Shown one piece after another: positions 1 through 9,186 of a stretch of DNA of 64,000 nt; the stretch's first letter is position 1, and each line of letters begins with the position of its first letter. A model generated the notes under the pieces. That model had not been told where the DNA came from and did not search any database. It saw nothing but the letters and a program-made list of their open reading frames with translations. Where the stretch lies: positions 7,624 through 71,623 of the IMG/VR virus record IMGVR_UViG_3300042464_000191; one strand, given 5' to 3'. Source of the DNA: a virus. Both the position numbers and the translations under genes were made by a program.

Positions 1-64
1 AATTCCACCAAACAGTATCGACAACATCTTGACACTAGCCCTACAACAAACTGGATTAAAATAA
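1..64 (+). CDS. 3' end of an upstream hypothetical gene (partial)
   Basis: Open frame from position 2 (IPPNSIDNILTLALQQTGLK) ends TAA at 62-64, overlapping the next ATG (TAATG coupling). Confidence 0.6.
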   Translation, partial: IPPNSIDNILTLALQQTGLK

Positions 65-1047
65 TGGATATTCTTGAAAACATCAGAGGATTATTTAAGC
101 AACACAAGATTAGAAATATGCAGCTTGATCCTAATGGATCGTGTAATGCCGGATGCTGGTTTTGTCCAGTAAGATATGTTGGTAATCCAGAAGAAGCCAA
201 AAATCAAATGGATCCAGAGTTGCTAGAAAAAATCTTCTACAACATTGTTCAAGAAAGAGATAATAATGGATTGGTAGACCCTGCTTTTAATGGTTTCTAT
301 ACTTCTCACTACAATGAAGTTCTTTTATATAGACACTTTGAAGATTTACTAAAAGTAGCCAGAAAGTACAAAATGATTTTTATGGTACTTTCTAATGGTA
401 CAACTCTGACTCCACAAAAGACTGATCTTATATTAGAGTACCGCGATGTTATATCTGGCATATGCTTAAATGTTCCATGTTTTGAAGATGAACTTTGGTC
501 TAAAAGAGTAAATCTCCCAAAACAACTTTTCCCAAAGCTAATCAGTAATATTCAATACTTTTTAGATACTCATCCCATGATGCTATCTATACAAGTAAAT
601 GGCTGGAGTGCAGACAACACATGGCTACAAAAGGGAGAAAATTTTCCTGTAGATTTGTCTGATGATGAAAACGAAAAACAATTTCAATTAGCAAAATCAA
701 TGTTTCCAAAAGCTAATGTATTTAAAATGCCACACTTGGTAGATCGTGCTGGTGCTATTGGGGATGTAATAACCAATCTACATGCTATAAAAACATATCA
801 TGCAAATAAAAAAGTTGTCGGCTGCTTAAACTCCAGAGAAACCGGTGGAAGACCGGTAGGCTGGATTCATGTTAATGCAAATGGAGAATGCTTTTTGTGC
901 TGCAATGACTATGACATGGAAATAAAGTTTGGTGACTTCAAGACTCAATCTTTAAAAGATTTTTGGGGTAGTGAAGATCATGTAAATAAAATTAAGGAAT
1001 CTTACGAAGGAATCTGTACAAAGTGCGCTTCCGCACAGTTCGAATAA
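64..1047 (+). CDS. Radical SAM protein with C-terminal SPASM/twitch domain
   Basis: CNAGCWFC (CxxxCxxC) motif; SNGT motif; C-terminal IHVNANGECFLCCND...FGD...SLKDFW...CTKC. Confidence 0.9.
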   Translation: MDILENIRGLFKQHKIRNMQLDPNGSCNAGCWFCPVRYVGNPEEAKNQMDPELLEKIFYNIVQERDNNGLVDPAFNGFYTSHYNEVLLYRHFEDLLKVARKYKMIFMVLSNGTTLTPQKTDLILEYRDVISGICLNVPCFEDELWSKRVNLPKQLFPKLISNIQYFLDTHPMMLSIQVNGWSADNTWLQKGENFPVDLSDDENEKQFQLAKSMFPKANVFKMPHLVDRAGAIGDVITNLHAIKTYHANKKVVGCLNSRETGGRPVGWIHVNANGECFLCCNDYDMEIKFGDFKTQSLKDFWGSEDHVNKIKESYEGICTKCASAQFE

Positions 1048-1059
1048 CAGGAGAAAAAT

Positions 1060-2079
1060 ATGCCTATTCCATCTAGAAAATCCGGTGAAGATAAAGATGC
1101 ATTTGTGTCCAGATGCATGGGTAATGAAACCATGAAAAAAGACTATCCAGACCAACAACAGAGAGTAGCTATCTGTATTGGTCAAGCAACAGCAGATTGC
1201 GATTGTGTAGAAGCTGCTGATTATGAATTACAGATGGAAGCTGGATATGCAGAAGAACTTACCGAAGATAATTTCTATGTTCCACTAGAAGCAGAATATG
1301 AAGACTTTGGCGAAGAAACAGAACAGTGGGATGTAGCCACAGCAAAGCCCGGATTATGGGAAAATATTCGTAAGAAAAGAGAACGAGAAGGTAAGAATTA
1401 TAAACCAGCAAAGCCGGGAGATCCAGATAGACCAAGCAAAGACGCTTGGAAAAAAGCTCAATCTGACGGCGGCGATGAAATGGCTTTAGAGCAAATCCAA
1501 AAGATGCATGATCAGCTTATGGAAATTGTTATGAAGCTTAAAGATATGTCTTTATCGGTTGAATTTCAAGATTGGACAAAAGACATGATTTCTAAGGCTG
1601 AAATTTATATACAAAATGTATATGACTTTGTAAAGTATTATGAACCCGGTAAATATGAAGATGAATATACTGGCGATGAAGAAGAACCATCAGATCCAGA
1701 GACAGAAGAACCAAAAATGGAAACAGAAGATGGAAGCTATGAATATCAAGATCCACAAACTGGTGAAATTTATACATATAGACGCAAGGGATATTATGAA
1801 AAGAACGGACGAGTTCTTATGTATATGGGACAAGCGGTTGAATATCAAGGACGCAAAGTGACATTGAATAAACCATTTAGAACATCAAATGGTCCAAAGA
1901 AGTTTGCAGTATACGTCAAGAACGAAAGTGGCAATGTTGTTATTGTAAGATTTGGTGACCCAAATATGAAGATAAAGAAGAATATTCCAGAGCGACGAAA
2001 GAGCTTTAGGGCTAGACACAACTGTGATAATCCGGGTCCAAAGTGGAAAGCTAGGTATTGGGCCTGTAAGAGTTGGTAA
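1060..2079 (+). CDS. Modular phage protein made of small domains (MPIP..RCM module, KPGLWENI module, helical MALEQ..W..I..A..YI module, C-terminal KKFAVYV..RFGDPNM..SFRARHNC module)
   Basis: 339-aa ORF with GGAG RBS; modules resemble small domains recurrent in large phage genomes and are separated by acidic linkers. Confidence 0.75.
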   Translation: MPIPSRKSGEDKDAFVSRCMGNETMKKDYPDQQQRVAICIGQATADCDCVEAADYELQMEAGYAEELTEDNFYVPLEAEYEDFGEETEQWDVATAKPGLWENIRKKREREGKNYKPAKPGDPDRPSKDAWKKAQSDGGDEMALEQIQKMHDQLMEIVMKLKDMSLSVEFQDWTKDMISKAEIYIQNVYDFVKYYEPGKYEDEYTGDEEEPSDPETEEPKMETEDGSYEYQDPQTGEIYTYRRKGYYEKNGRVLMYMGQAVEYQGRKVTLNKPFRTSNGPKKFAVYVKNESGNVVIVRFGDPNMKIKKNIPERRKSFRARHNCDNPGPKWKARYWACKSW

Positions 2080-2089
2080 TAATTTGTGT

Positions 2090-2127
2090 GCGATGGGGGG
2101 AAATTGAGTACCCCCATTGTACTCTTT
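2090..2127 (+). terminator. Probable intrinsic terminator hairpin
   Basis: GCGATGGGGG...CCCCCATTGT inverted repeat just after the stop at 2079; weak T-tract. Confidence 0.5.
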
Positions 2128-2145
2128 GATCGTAGACGCTATAAT
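2117..2145 (+). promoter_or_regulatory. Sigma70-like promoter upstream of dnaE-N
   Basis: TTGTAC (2117-2122), 17 bp spacer, TATAAT (2140-2145). Confidence 0.65.
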
Positions 2146-2179
2146 ACATTGATTGAGTCTCTAGTTGCGAGGAAAATAT

Positions 2180-3808
2180 ATGGCTTGGTTTCCATTGAAA
2201 AACTACACACACTATAGTCTATTAAAAGGCTATTCGAAGCCAGACGAACTGGCTTTTAAGTGCAAAGAAAATAATTATTTAGCCTGCGGTATTTGTGACT
2301 ATAAAACAATATCTGGTGCTGTGTCCTTCTACAAGGCTTGCAAGAAAGCTGGCATTAAGCCAATCATAGGCTGCTCATTTGATAAATTCTCTCTATTCGC
2401 CAAGAATAAGGCGGGGTGGCACGATTTAATAGAATTAGTCTCATCACTTGATGAAAATGATAATGTCCCAGAATCTATATTGTCTAATATTTTGAAGAAG
2501 AATAATCTTATCAAGTTGTCAGACTCTTATTCTAAGTCTATGCCTATTAGTTATTATACAAATAGGGCGGATGCCAAACTACACAGAGTTTTACTTTGCT
2601 CTGATATGAAGACAACTCTGCCAAAAGTAACTAAATGTATCAGACAAGATAAAAATGGCAGCATAAATGTTGATTCCTATTTGGCACAAAATCATGCTGA
2701 TAAAGTTCAATACTTCATGCATGATACTTATTATGTTCTGGATAAAGACGAATCCAAAGATTTGGACTCTACTGAACTAGATAAGATCTATAGTCAATGC
2801 GAAGATTACGACATTTTAAACAAGCCAATGCTACCAAAGTTTAGCTGTCCAAACGGAGCCACAGAAGAAGATTATCTTAAAGAACTGTGCCGCGAGGGGT
2901 GGAAAAATCTTTTGATAGCACAAAATAAAGTATCTAATGAAGATGATAAACAAAGATATCTTGATAGATTCAAAGAAGAATTCGACGTTATTAAAAATGC
3001 TAACCTATTCGGTTATTTTTTGATTGTTCGTGATATCATAAACTATGTGAATAGCAGGGGATGGCTTTCTGGCCCCGGTAGAGGTTCAGCGGCTGGATGC
3101 TTAATCTCATATCTTGTCGGAATTACTAAAATCGATCCTCTAGAATTTGATCTTCTATTTGCTCGTTTTTATAATGCTGGACGAAATACTGCTGACCATA
3201 TATCTTTACCAGATATTGATATGGACGTTCCCGGCAAGCATAGAGATGAAATTATTGGGTACATTAAGGACAAGTATGGTCATGATCGCGTCAGTCAAAT
3301 GTTAACGTTTGGTAGACTACAAGGAAAGAGTGCTATCAAAGAAGTTCTACGTATTAATGAGGCTTGTTCTTTTGCTGAAATGAATGCTATAAGCAATTGC
3401 ATTCCAGATGAAGCTAAAATCTCAGATCAACTAGCAGAAATGGACGATGAAGATCGATCTATCATTAGATGGGCATTGATCAACAATGCTGATGAACTGA
3501 GGGACTTTTGTAGAATTAATGATAATGGTGAACTTGAGGGCGAATATGCTGATTATTTTGATCAAGCTATCAAAATCGAAGGCACATTTAAAACGCAAGG
3601 AAAACATGCCGCCGGTGTTGTGATCTCTGCCGAACCTTTACAAAAAGTTTGCCCAATGGTAAAACAGAAAGGATCGCATGAAAAAATTGCTGGGTTAGAA
3701 ATGAGTGATCTAGAGGCGTTGGGTCATGTAAAATTTGACGTTCTAGGAATCAATTTGCTAGATAAAATCATGAAGATACAAGAAATAACAGGAGTTGCAA
3801 ATGGCTAA
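2180..3808 (+). CDS. dnaE: DNA polymerase III alpha subunit, N-terminal part (degenerate PHP plus palm/thumb)
   Basis: THYSLL, GIKPIIGC, GPGRGSAAG, PDIDMD, GKHAAGVVIS, KFDVLG motifs; start moved to ATG 2180 after GAGG. Confidence 0.93.
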   Translation: MAWFPLKNYTHYSLLKGYSKPDELAFKCKENNYLACGICDYKTISGAVSFYKACKKAGIKPIIGCSFDKFSLFAKNKAGWHDLIELVSSLDENDNVPESILSNILKKNNLIKLSDSYSKSMPISYYTNRADAKLHRVLLCSDMKTTLPKVTKCIRQDKNGSINVDSYLAQNHADKVQYFMHDTYYVLDKDESKDLDSTELDKIYSQCEDYDILNKPMLPKFSCPNGATEEDYLKELCREGWKNLLIAQNKVSNEDDKQRYLDRFKEEFDVIKNANLFGYFLIVRDIINYVNSRGWLSGPGRGSAAGCLISYLVGITKIDPLEFDLLFARFYNAGRNTADHISLPDIDMDVPGKHRDEIIGYIKDKYGHDRVSQMLTFGRLQGKSAIKEVLRINEACSFAEMNAISNCIPDEAKISDQLAEMDDEDRSIIRWALINNADELRDFCRINDNGELEGEYADYFDQAIKIEGTFKTQGKHAAGVVISAEPLQKVCPMVKQKGSHEKIAGLEMSDLEALGHVKFDVLGINLLDKIMKIQEITGVANG

Positions 3809-4481
3809 CAGAGACTTTATTATATTTGACTTTGAAACGGGATCAAGAAATCCACACAGAACACAACCAACACAAATTGCCGCCATAGCACTAGATGGTA
3901 GAACGCTATCAATGAAGGGGCAATTCAATAGTGAGATAAAACCGATCTTTGATGAAGCGGAAGCCGTTGCCGCTGGTGTTGACCCAATCGAAGATGAAGC
4001 ACTTAAGATTACTAAGAAGACAAGAGAACAGCTAGAAAAAGCTCCATCATTAAAATCTGTATGGTCCAAGTTTACTAAATTTGTTGATCAGTATAATTGG
4101 AAGGGCGACACATTTTTTAATCCAATTCCAGTTGGGTTTAATATTATTGGATTCGATATGATTATAGTCAATAGGCTATGTAGAGAATTTGGGCCTTGGG
4201 ATAAAGATCGTGAGCAACAAAAGTTATTCAGCAAGGTTTATAAGTTTGATATCATGGACTCTGTTTTTGCTTGGACAGAGAGCGATCCAAGTATTAGATC
4301 TATAAGCATGGATGCATTGAGAGAACGTATGGGCTTAAGTTTTGACAATGCACACGATGCTTTGCAGGACGTAAAAGATGAAGCAAATATCTTTATCAAA
4401 CTGATGAAAACACACAGAGCAGTATATCAAAATATTAAATTTGAGAAAGCCTTTGCAAATGGGGAATTGTATGTTAAATGA
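3801..4481 (+). CDS. dnaQ: DEDDh 3'-5' exonuclease (DnaQ/epsilon-like)
   Basis: ExoI DFET, ExoII GFN..GFD, ExoIII HDALQD; GGAG RBS at 3791; 8-nt overlap with the dnaE-N stop. Confidence 0.88.
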   Translation: MANRDFIIFDFETGSRNPHRTQPTQIAAIALDGRTLSMKGQFNSEIKPIFDEAEAVAAGVDPIEDEALKITKKTREQLEKAPSLKSVWSKFTKFVDQYNWKGDTFFNPIPVGFNIIGFDMIIVNRLCREFGPWDKDREQQKLFSKVYKFDIMDSVFAWTESDPSIRSISMDALRERMGLSFDNAHDALQDVKDEANIFIKLMKTHRAVYQNIKFEKAFANGELYVK

Positions 4482-6042
4482 TTTGGATTATCACGACAAG
4501 CCCACTTGGCAATTGTTTGCAGATGGTAAGACCAAGGGTATCTTTCAGCTAGAAAGTAATCTTGGTAAGTCTTGGTCTAAAAAACTGGCTCCAACTAACA
4601 TTGAGGAACTGTCTGCCTTAATTGCTATTATTAGGCCGGGAACATTAAAAGCATATGTCGATGGAAAGAGTATGACACAGCACTATGTTGATAGAAAGCA
4701 TGGTAGGGAAGAAGTTACATACTTACATCCAGCACTTGAAGAAATATTGAAGCCAACATATGGCGTTCTGGTTTATCAAGAGCAATCCATGCGTATAGCA
4801 GAAAAGATTGCCGGTTTTAATTTGCAAGAAGCCGACGTTCTTAGAAAAGCTATCGGTAAGAAAAAAGCAGACCTTATGAACGAGGTTAAAAAGTCTTTTA
4901 TTGCTGGTGCAGAAAAAGTTGGCATAGTAAACAAGGAAGAAGCAGAGCAAATCTTCGGATGGATCGAAAAGTCATCCAGATATGCCTTCAATAAGTCTCA
5001 TAGCGTCTCTTATGCAATATGTTCTTATTGGAGTGCATATTTTAAGGCCCATTATCCACTTCAATTTTTCTTATCGTATCTTTATTATGCTAACGAAAAA
5101 CAAGACCCTCATCAAGAGATTTACGAATTAATTTCTGAGGCAAAACTGTTTGACATAGAAACAAAGACCCCAAATCTATCTAATTTTGATAAGAAGTTCA
5201 ATATCAAGAACAAGAAGATATATTTCGGTATTAAAGATGTCAAATCTCTTACTGGAGCAACTGGCGATAAATTGATTACTGTTATAGACGAAGCCCAAAA
5301 AGAGTTGGGTAAGCCAATTAAGGACTTTACTTGGTTAGAAATTCTACTCTTTGTTTCGTCTAAGATTAGCTCTACTGCTTTTAAGTCATTAGCATCCATT
5401 GGATTTTTTAGAAACTTTAGTGGAAAGATCACTAGGAATAAAGCGCTATATGATTATGAGATCTATAGAACTTTGACAAAGGCTGAACAAAATTGGATTA
5501 TTGAGAATTATCCTACTAAGCAATGGTCTAGTTTCGTTGATTGTTTAAAGGACTTAGCACCAACTAAAAAAGAGGGTGGAGGAACTTCCAAAATAGATCG
5601 TAAGCAGGCAATCGAAAATGAGATTCAACTATTGATTAATCCGCCATACGATCTAGAAGACGATCCAAGCTGGGTCATTGATCAAGAAGTAAAGTTCTTG
5701 GGGTGTCCAGTGAGTATGGCTAGAGTGGAAACGTCCGACACTTCGGCAGCAAATACAACATGTAGGGAAATCGTAAATGGGAAACGCGGAAAAGATATTT
5801 GCGTTGTCGCCAACGTACAAAGGGTTTCTGATTATACTATCACCAAGGGTGAATCTAAGGGGCAATTGATGTCATTTTTAACAATAGAAGATGATTCATG
5901 TATGTTAGATAGCGTGATAGTATTTCCAAAAGTAAGGGAAAAGTATAAGTACGTCCTATACGAAGGAAACAATCTCATATTTTGTGGATCGGTAGAAAAG
6001 AACGATAACTCTTTTATCGTCAATCAAATTCACGAAATCTAG
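4471..6042 (+). CDS. dnaE: DNA polymerase III alpha subunit, C-terminal part (fingers, HhH, OB)
   Basis: GIFQLES, IRPG, TYGVLVYQEQ, LRKAIGKK, YAFNKSHS, OB-fold MSFLTIED; ATG 4471 after GGGGA. Confidence 0.93.
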   Translation: MLNDLDYHDKPTWQLFADGKTKGIFQLESNLGKSWSKKLAPTNIEELSALIAIIRPGTLKAYVDGKSMTQHYVDRKHGREEVTYLHPALEEILKPTYGVLVYQEQSMRIAEKIAGFNLQEADVLRKAIGKKKADLMNEVKKSFIAGAEKVGIVNKEEAEQIFGWIEKSSRYAFNKSHSVSYAICSYWSAYFKAHYPLQFFLSYLYYANEKQDPHQEIYELISEAKLFDIETKTPNLSNFDKKFNIKNKKIYFGIKDVKSLTGATGDKLITVIDEAQKELGKPIKDFTWLEILLFVSSKISSTAFKSLASIGFFRNFSGKITRNKALYDYEIYRTLTKAEQNWIIENYPTKQWSSFVDCLKDLAPTKKEGGGTSKIDRKQAIENEIQLLINPPYDLEDDPSWVIDQEVKFLGCPVSMARVETSDTSAANTTCREIVNGKRGKDICVVANVQRVSDYTITKGESKGQLMSFLTIEDDSCMLDSVIVFPKVREKYKYVLYEGNNLIFCGSVEKNDNSFIVNQIHEI

Positions 6043-6043
6043 A

Positions 6044-6072
6044 TTGTTTTTTGGACTTGTTGTTGCTAAAAT
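6044..6072 (+). promoter_or_regulatory. Sigma70-like extended -10 promoter upstream of ssb and the GT cluster
   Basis: TTGTTT, 17 bp spacer, TAAAAT preceded by TG at the extended -10 position; AAGGAG RBS downstream. Confidence 0.5.
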
Positions 6073-6093
6073 ACTAAGATCAAGGAGAATGAT

Positions 6094-6405
6094 ATGAATG
6101 TGTGTTCTTTTACGGGGTATCTTGTTGAAAACCCTAGGATATCAATGGAAGGCGATGTGGTGAAAGCTGAGTTTACGATGGTGGTATATACTTATCGTAA
6201 AACAAGAAGCGGTGAGAAGAATAGAATACCTACCTATTTACAGTGCGAAGCGTGGCATACTGGTGCAGAAACTTTAGAAAAATATGCTACAAAAGGAACT
6301 AAATTGAACGTTCACGCTTCTGCTAAAAATGTATCTAAAGATAATAAGTCAGTTATTTTTAGAATAAACGAGTTTGACTTCTGCAACCAAGAGTACGACT
6401 ATTAA
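6094..6405 (+). CDS. ssb: Short single-stranded DNA-binding protein (OB fold)
   Basis: MNVCSFTGYLVENP...TYLQCEAW...AETLEKYATKG pattern; lacks the long linker and DDIPF tail. Confidence 0.8.
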   Translation: MNVCSFTGYLVENPRISMEGDVVKAEFTMVVYTYRKTRSGEKNRIPTYLQCEAWHTGAETLEKYATKGTKLNVHASAKNVSKDNKSVIFRINEFDFCNQEYDY

Positions 6406-6406
6406 T

Positions 6407-8071
6407 ATGAGAAAAAAACGCATACTATTTTGTAGCGAAGCTACATTTTTAAATACTGGATATGCTACTTATACCAGAGAGATATTGAACTATCTACACA
6501 ATACTGGTAAATATGAACTAGCAGAAATGGCATCATATGGTGAGCGAAAAGACAAGCGGGCCGCTTCTATACCTTGGAAATATTACGGAGTAGTACCGGA
6601 TAGTTCTTGCTCAGAAGATGAAAAGAAGCAATATGCAGAACATCCAATAGCACAATTCGGTGAACTATTATTTGAATCTGTTTGCTTAGATTTTCAGCCA
6701 GATGTCGTGTGCGATATCAGAGATTTCTGGATGTTGGACTTTCAAGAGCGTTCTCCGTTTAGGCCATTTTACAAATGGTGCATTATGCCAACCGTTGATG
6801 CTAAACCACAGGCTAGGCAATGGATTGCAACATACGAGTCTGCTGATGCTTGTCTAACATACTCTGAGTGGGCTGGAGAAGTAATCAAAGAACAATCTGG
6901 TGGTAAAATAAAATATTTGGGAATAGCACCACCCTCTGCACATCCAGCATATCAACCCATTGATGACAAGTTATCTTTGAGACAATCTTTTGGCATTAAT
7001 CCAAATGCAAAGATAGTTGGCACCGTAATGAGAAATCAAAGGCGCAAATTATATCCAGATCTATTTTCAGCATTTAGGTTATTATTGGATAAGACTAATA
7101 ATGATCCAGACTTAATGTTATATTGTCACACAAGTTATCCAGACCTTGGTTGGGATATACCGGAGCTATTACAAGAATACGGTCTTTCTTCTAGAGTTTT
7201 ATTTACATATATCTGTGGTCAAACTGGTAAGCCCTTCGTTTCTTTATTTAGGGGTGCGGTAGCACAGTCACCTTATTCAAATAAATATGGTGCCGTATTA
7301 TCAAATGTTAAGAACGGTCTAGAGTATGAGGATCTTGCAAAGATTATCAACTTATTCGATCTATATGTTCAGTATGCAAACTGTGAAGGCTTTGGGTTGC
7401 CACAAGTAGAAGCTGCTGCATGTGGCGTTCCAGTAATGTCAACGGATTATTCTGCTATGGAAAGTGTTGTTAGAAACTTAGGTGGAATACCGATTACACC
7501 AAAAGCTCTGTATAAAGAACTAGAAACCGGATGTCTAAGAGCAGTGCCAGACAATGAATTGGCATCTAGTCTAATGTTAGCATTCTTCAATATGCCAAAA
7601 GATCAACGGCTTAATTGGGGTGCAAAAACAAGAGAATCTTTCTTAAAGCATTATAGGTGGGAACAAAGCGGGAAAATGTGGGAAGATTATTTTGATAGTG
7701 TCGAGATTATACCTGACCACTTGGGCTGGAAATCTCCATCTAGAATCAGAAAACCACAAGCTAAACCAGAGAATATAAATAAGCAATTTTCTCATGAAGA
7801 TTTGGCCCGCTGGTTGATAACGTCTGTATTGTGTGAGCCAGAAAAGATAAATTCATTTATGGAAGCTAGGCTTGTACGAGATTTGATGTATAAGAGTACA
7901 ACTTCTACAACGGGCGGAATGTATTTTAATGAAAGTTCAGCCGCCTTTGATGGTAAACAGGGAAGATCATTTTTTGATTTTGATATGGCATACAACCAGA
8001 TGTTAGCACTATGCAATAGAAGAAATTATTGGGAACAAAAGCGATTAGACGCTATAAGGAATATTAAATGA
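6407..8071 (+). CDS. Glycosyltransferase, GT-B fold (GT4-like)
   Basis: RILFCSEA..LNTGYA N-terminus; RNQRRK; EGFGLPQVEAAACGVPV..TDYSAM; start at ATG 6407. Confidence 0.9.
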   Translation: MRKKRILFCSEATFLNTGYATYTREILNYLHNTGKYELAEMASYGERKDKRAASIPWKYYGVVPDSSCSEDEKKQYAEHPIAQFGELLFESVCLDFQPDVVCDIRDFWMLDFQERSPFRPFYKWCIMPTVDAKPQARQWIATYESADACLTYSEWAGEVIKEQSGGKIKYLGIAPPSAHPAYQPIDDKLSLRQSFGINPNAKIVGTVMRNQRRKLYPDLFSAFRLLLDKTNNDPDLMLYCHTSYPDLGWDIPELLQEYGLSSRVLFTYICGQTGKPFVSLFRGAVAQSPYSNKYGAVLSNVKNGLEYEDLAKIINLFDLYVQYANCEGFGLPQVEAAACGVPVMSTDYSAMESVVRNLGGIPITPKALYKELETGCLRAVPDNELASSLMLAFFNMPKDQRLNWGAKTRESFLKHYRWEQSGKMWEDYFDSVEIIPDHLGWKSPSRIRKPQAKPENINKQFSHEDLARWLITSVLCEPEKINSFMEARLVRDLMYKSTTSTTGGMYFNESSAAFDGKQGRSFFDFDMAYNQMLALCNRRNYWEQKRLDAIRNIK

Positions 8072-9186
8072 AAGCATTATTCATATCACACTACAATGAA
8101 GGTAGCGGGTGGTCAAATTGCGGAATCGATCTAATCAAATCTATGCACAGGTCAGGAATAGACACTGTATGTAGAAGCATTAGGCTTGGAGCGGCAAGGC
8201 CACTAGCAGACGAAGAAATAAGTACCTTAGAATCAAAATCTCTATCTAATATAGATGTGTGCATACAGCATGTTTTGCCACATCATTTTGTAAAGACAAA
8301 TAAGTTCAAAAAGAATATAGGATATTTTGTTGCTGAATCAACCAATATCAATTCTGTTTCTTGGTTTAATAACCTAGAGCTTATGGATGAAATATGGGTT
8401 CCTAATCAAACGCTACAACAGTCATTAGTATCTAGCGGTTTTAAGAAAAAGATTAGAGTTATCCCACATGCTTTTGATTTGTCAAAATACTCCAAAAATT
8501 ATGGCAAGGTGGACTTTGGAAACAATAAGCATAAATTCAAGTTTTATTTCATAGGTGATCTCAATGATCGCAAAAATATAGTATCTATTATTAGATCTTT
8601 TCATTCTGAGTTTCATGCGTCCGAACAAGTTGCTCTTGTGCTAAAAATCAAAAGACATGGAACGAATCCACAGGATGTTCAAAAGTATATTGGCAATTTA
8701 TGTCGAAGCATTAAAGAGCAGATGAGATTATATCCTAATATAAACCAGTACCACAAAGAGTTGGTTATAACAGAAGAAATAGACAATAATCACATTAATA
8801 TGCTGCATTCATCATGTGATTGTTTTATTGGTCCAACCCACGGAGAGGGCTGGTTTATACCAGCATTTGACGCCATGTGCTTTGGAAAAACACCAATATG
8901 TAGCAATGAGGGTGGTCCAAAAGAATTCATAGATCTACATAATACCAGCACTGGCTGGCTCGTAAATGGAGTATATGGAGTTTGTAATCATGGCGATCCA
9001 GCGTTTCCAGAATTATTTACTGGTACTGACGAATGGTTTATACCAAGTGAATCAATAATTAAAAAAGCCATGAGATTCTATTATGAAAATAGGGGTTCTG
9101 TAGATAGAGCCGCTGGACTAAAAAGAGCCTCATTATTTTCTTATGAATCCGTTGGGAACATGATAAAGGAAGCACTCAATGATTAA
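8068..9186 (+). CDS. Glycosyltransferase, GT4-like
   Basis: DEIWVP, RKNI, HGEGWFIPAFDAMCFGKTPI. Confidence 0.88.
   Translation: MKALFISHYNEGSGWSNCGIDLIKSMHRSGIDTVCRSIRLGAARPLADEEISTLESKSLSNIDVCIQHVLPHHFVKTNKFKKNIGYFVAESTNINSVSWFNNLELMDEIWVPNQTLQQSLVSSGFKKKIRVIPHAFDLSKYSKNYGKVDFGNNKHKFKFYFIGDLNDRKNIVSIIRSFHSEFHASEQVALVLKIKRHGTNPQDVQKYIGNLCRSIKEQMRLYPNINQYHKELVITEEIDNNHINMLHSSCDCFIGPTHGEGWFIPAFDAMCFGKTPICSNEGGPKEFIDLHNTSTGWLVNGVYGVCNHGDPAFPELFTGTDEWFIPSESIIKKAMRFYYENRGSVDRAAGLKRASLFSYESVGNMIKEALND

Noticed and set aside
29-62. Perfect TTGACA as a -35 element
   Set aside because: The nearest -10-like TAAAAT is 22 bp away, and the site lies within the upstream coding frame
3760-4500. Split intein or self-splicing intron explaining the broken dnaE
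   Set aside because: No intein N-terminal Cys/Ser block or His-Asn end; the intervening DNA is fully occupied by an exonuclease ORF, leaving no room for a ribozyme core
2180-6042. dnaE pseudogene
   Set aside because: Both halves keep their catalytic motifs and have their own RBS and start; the break is clean at a domain boundary
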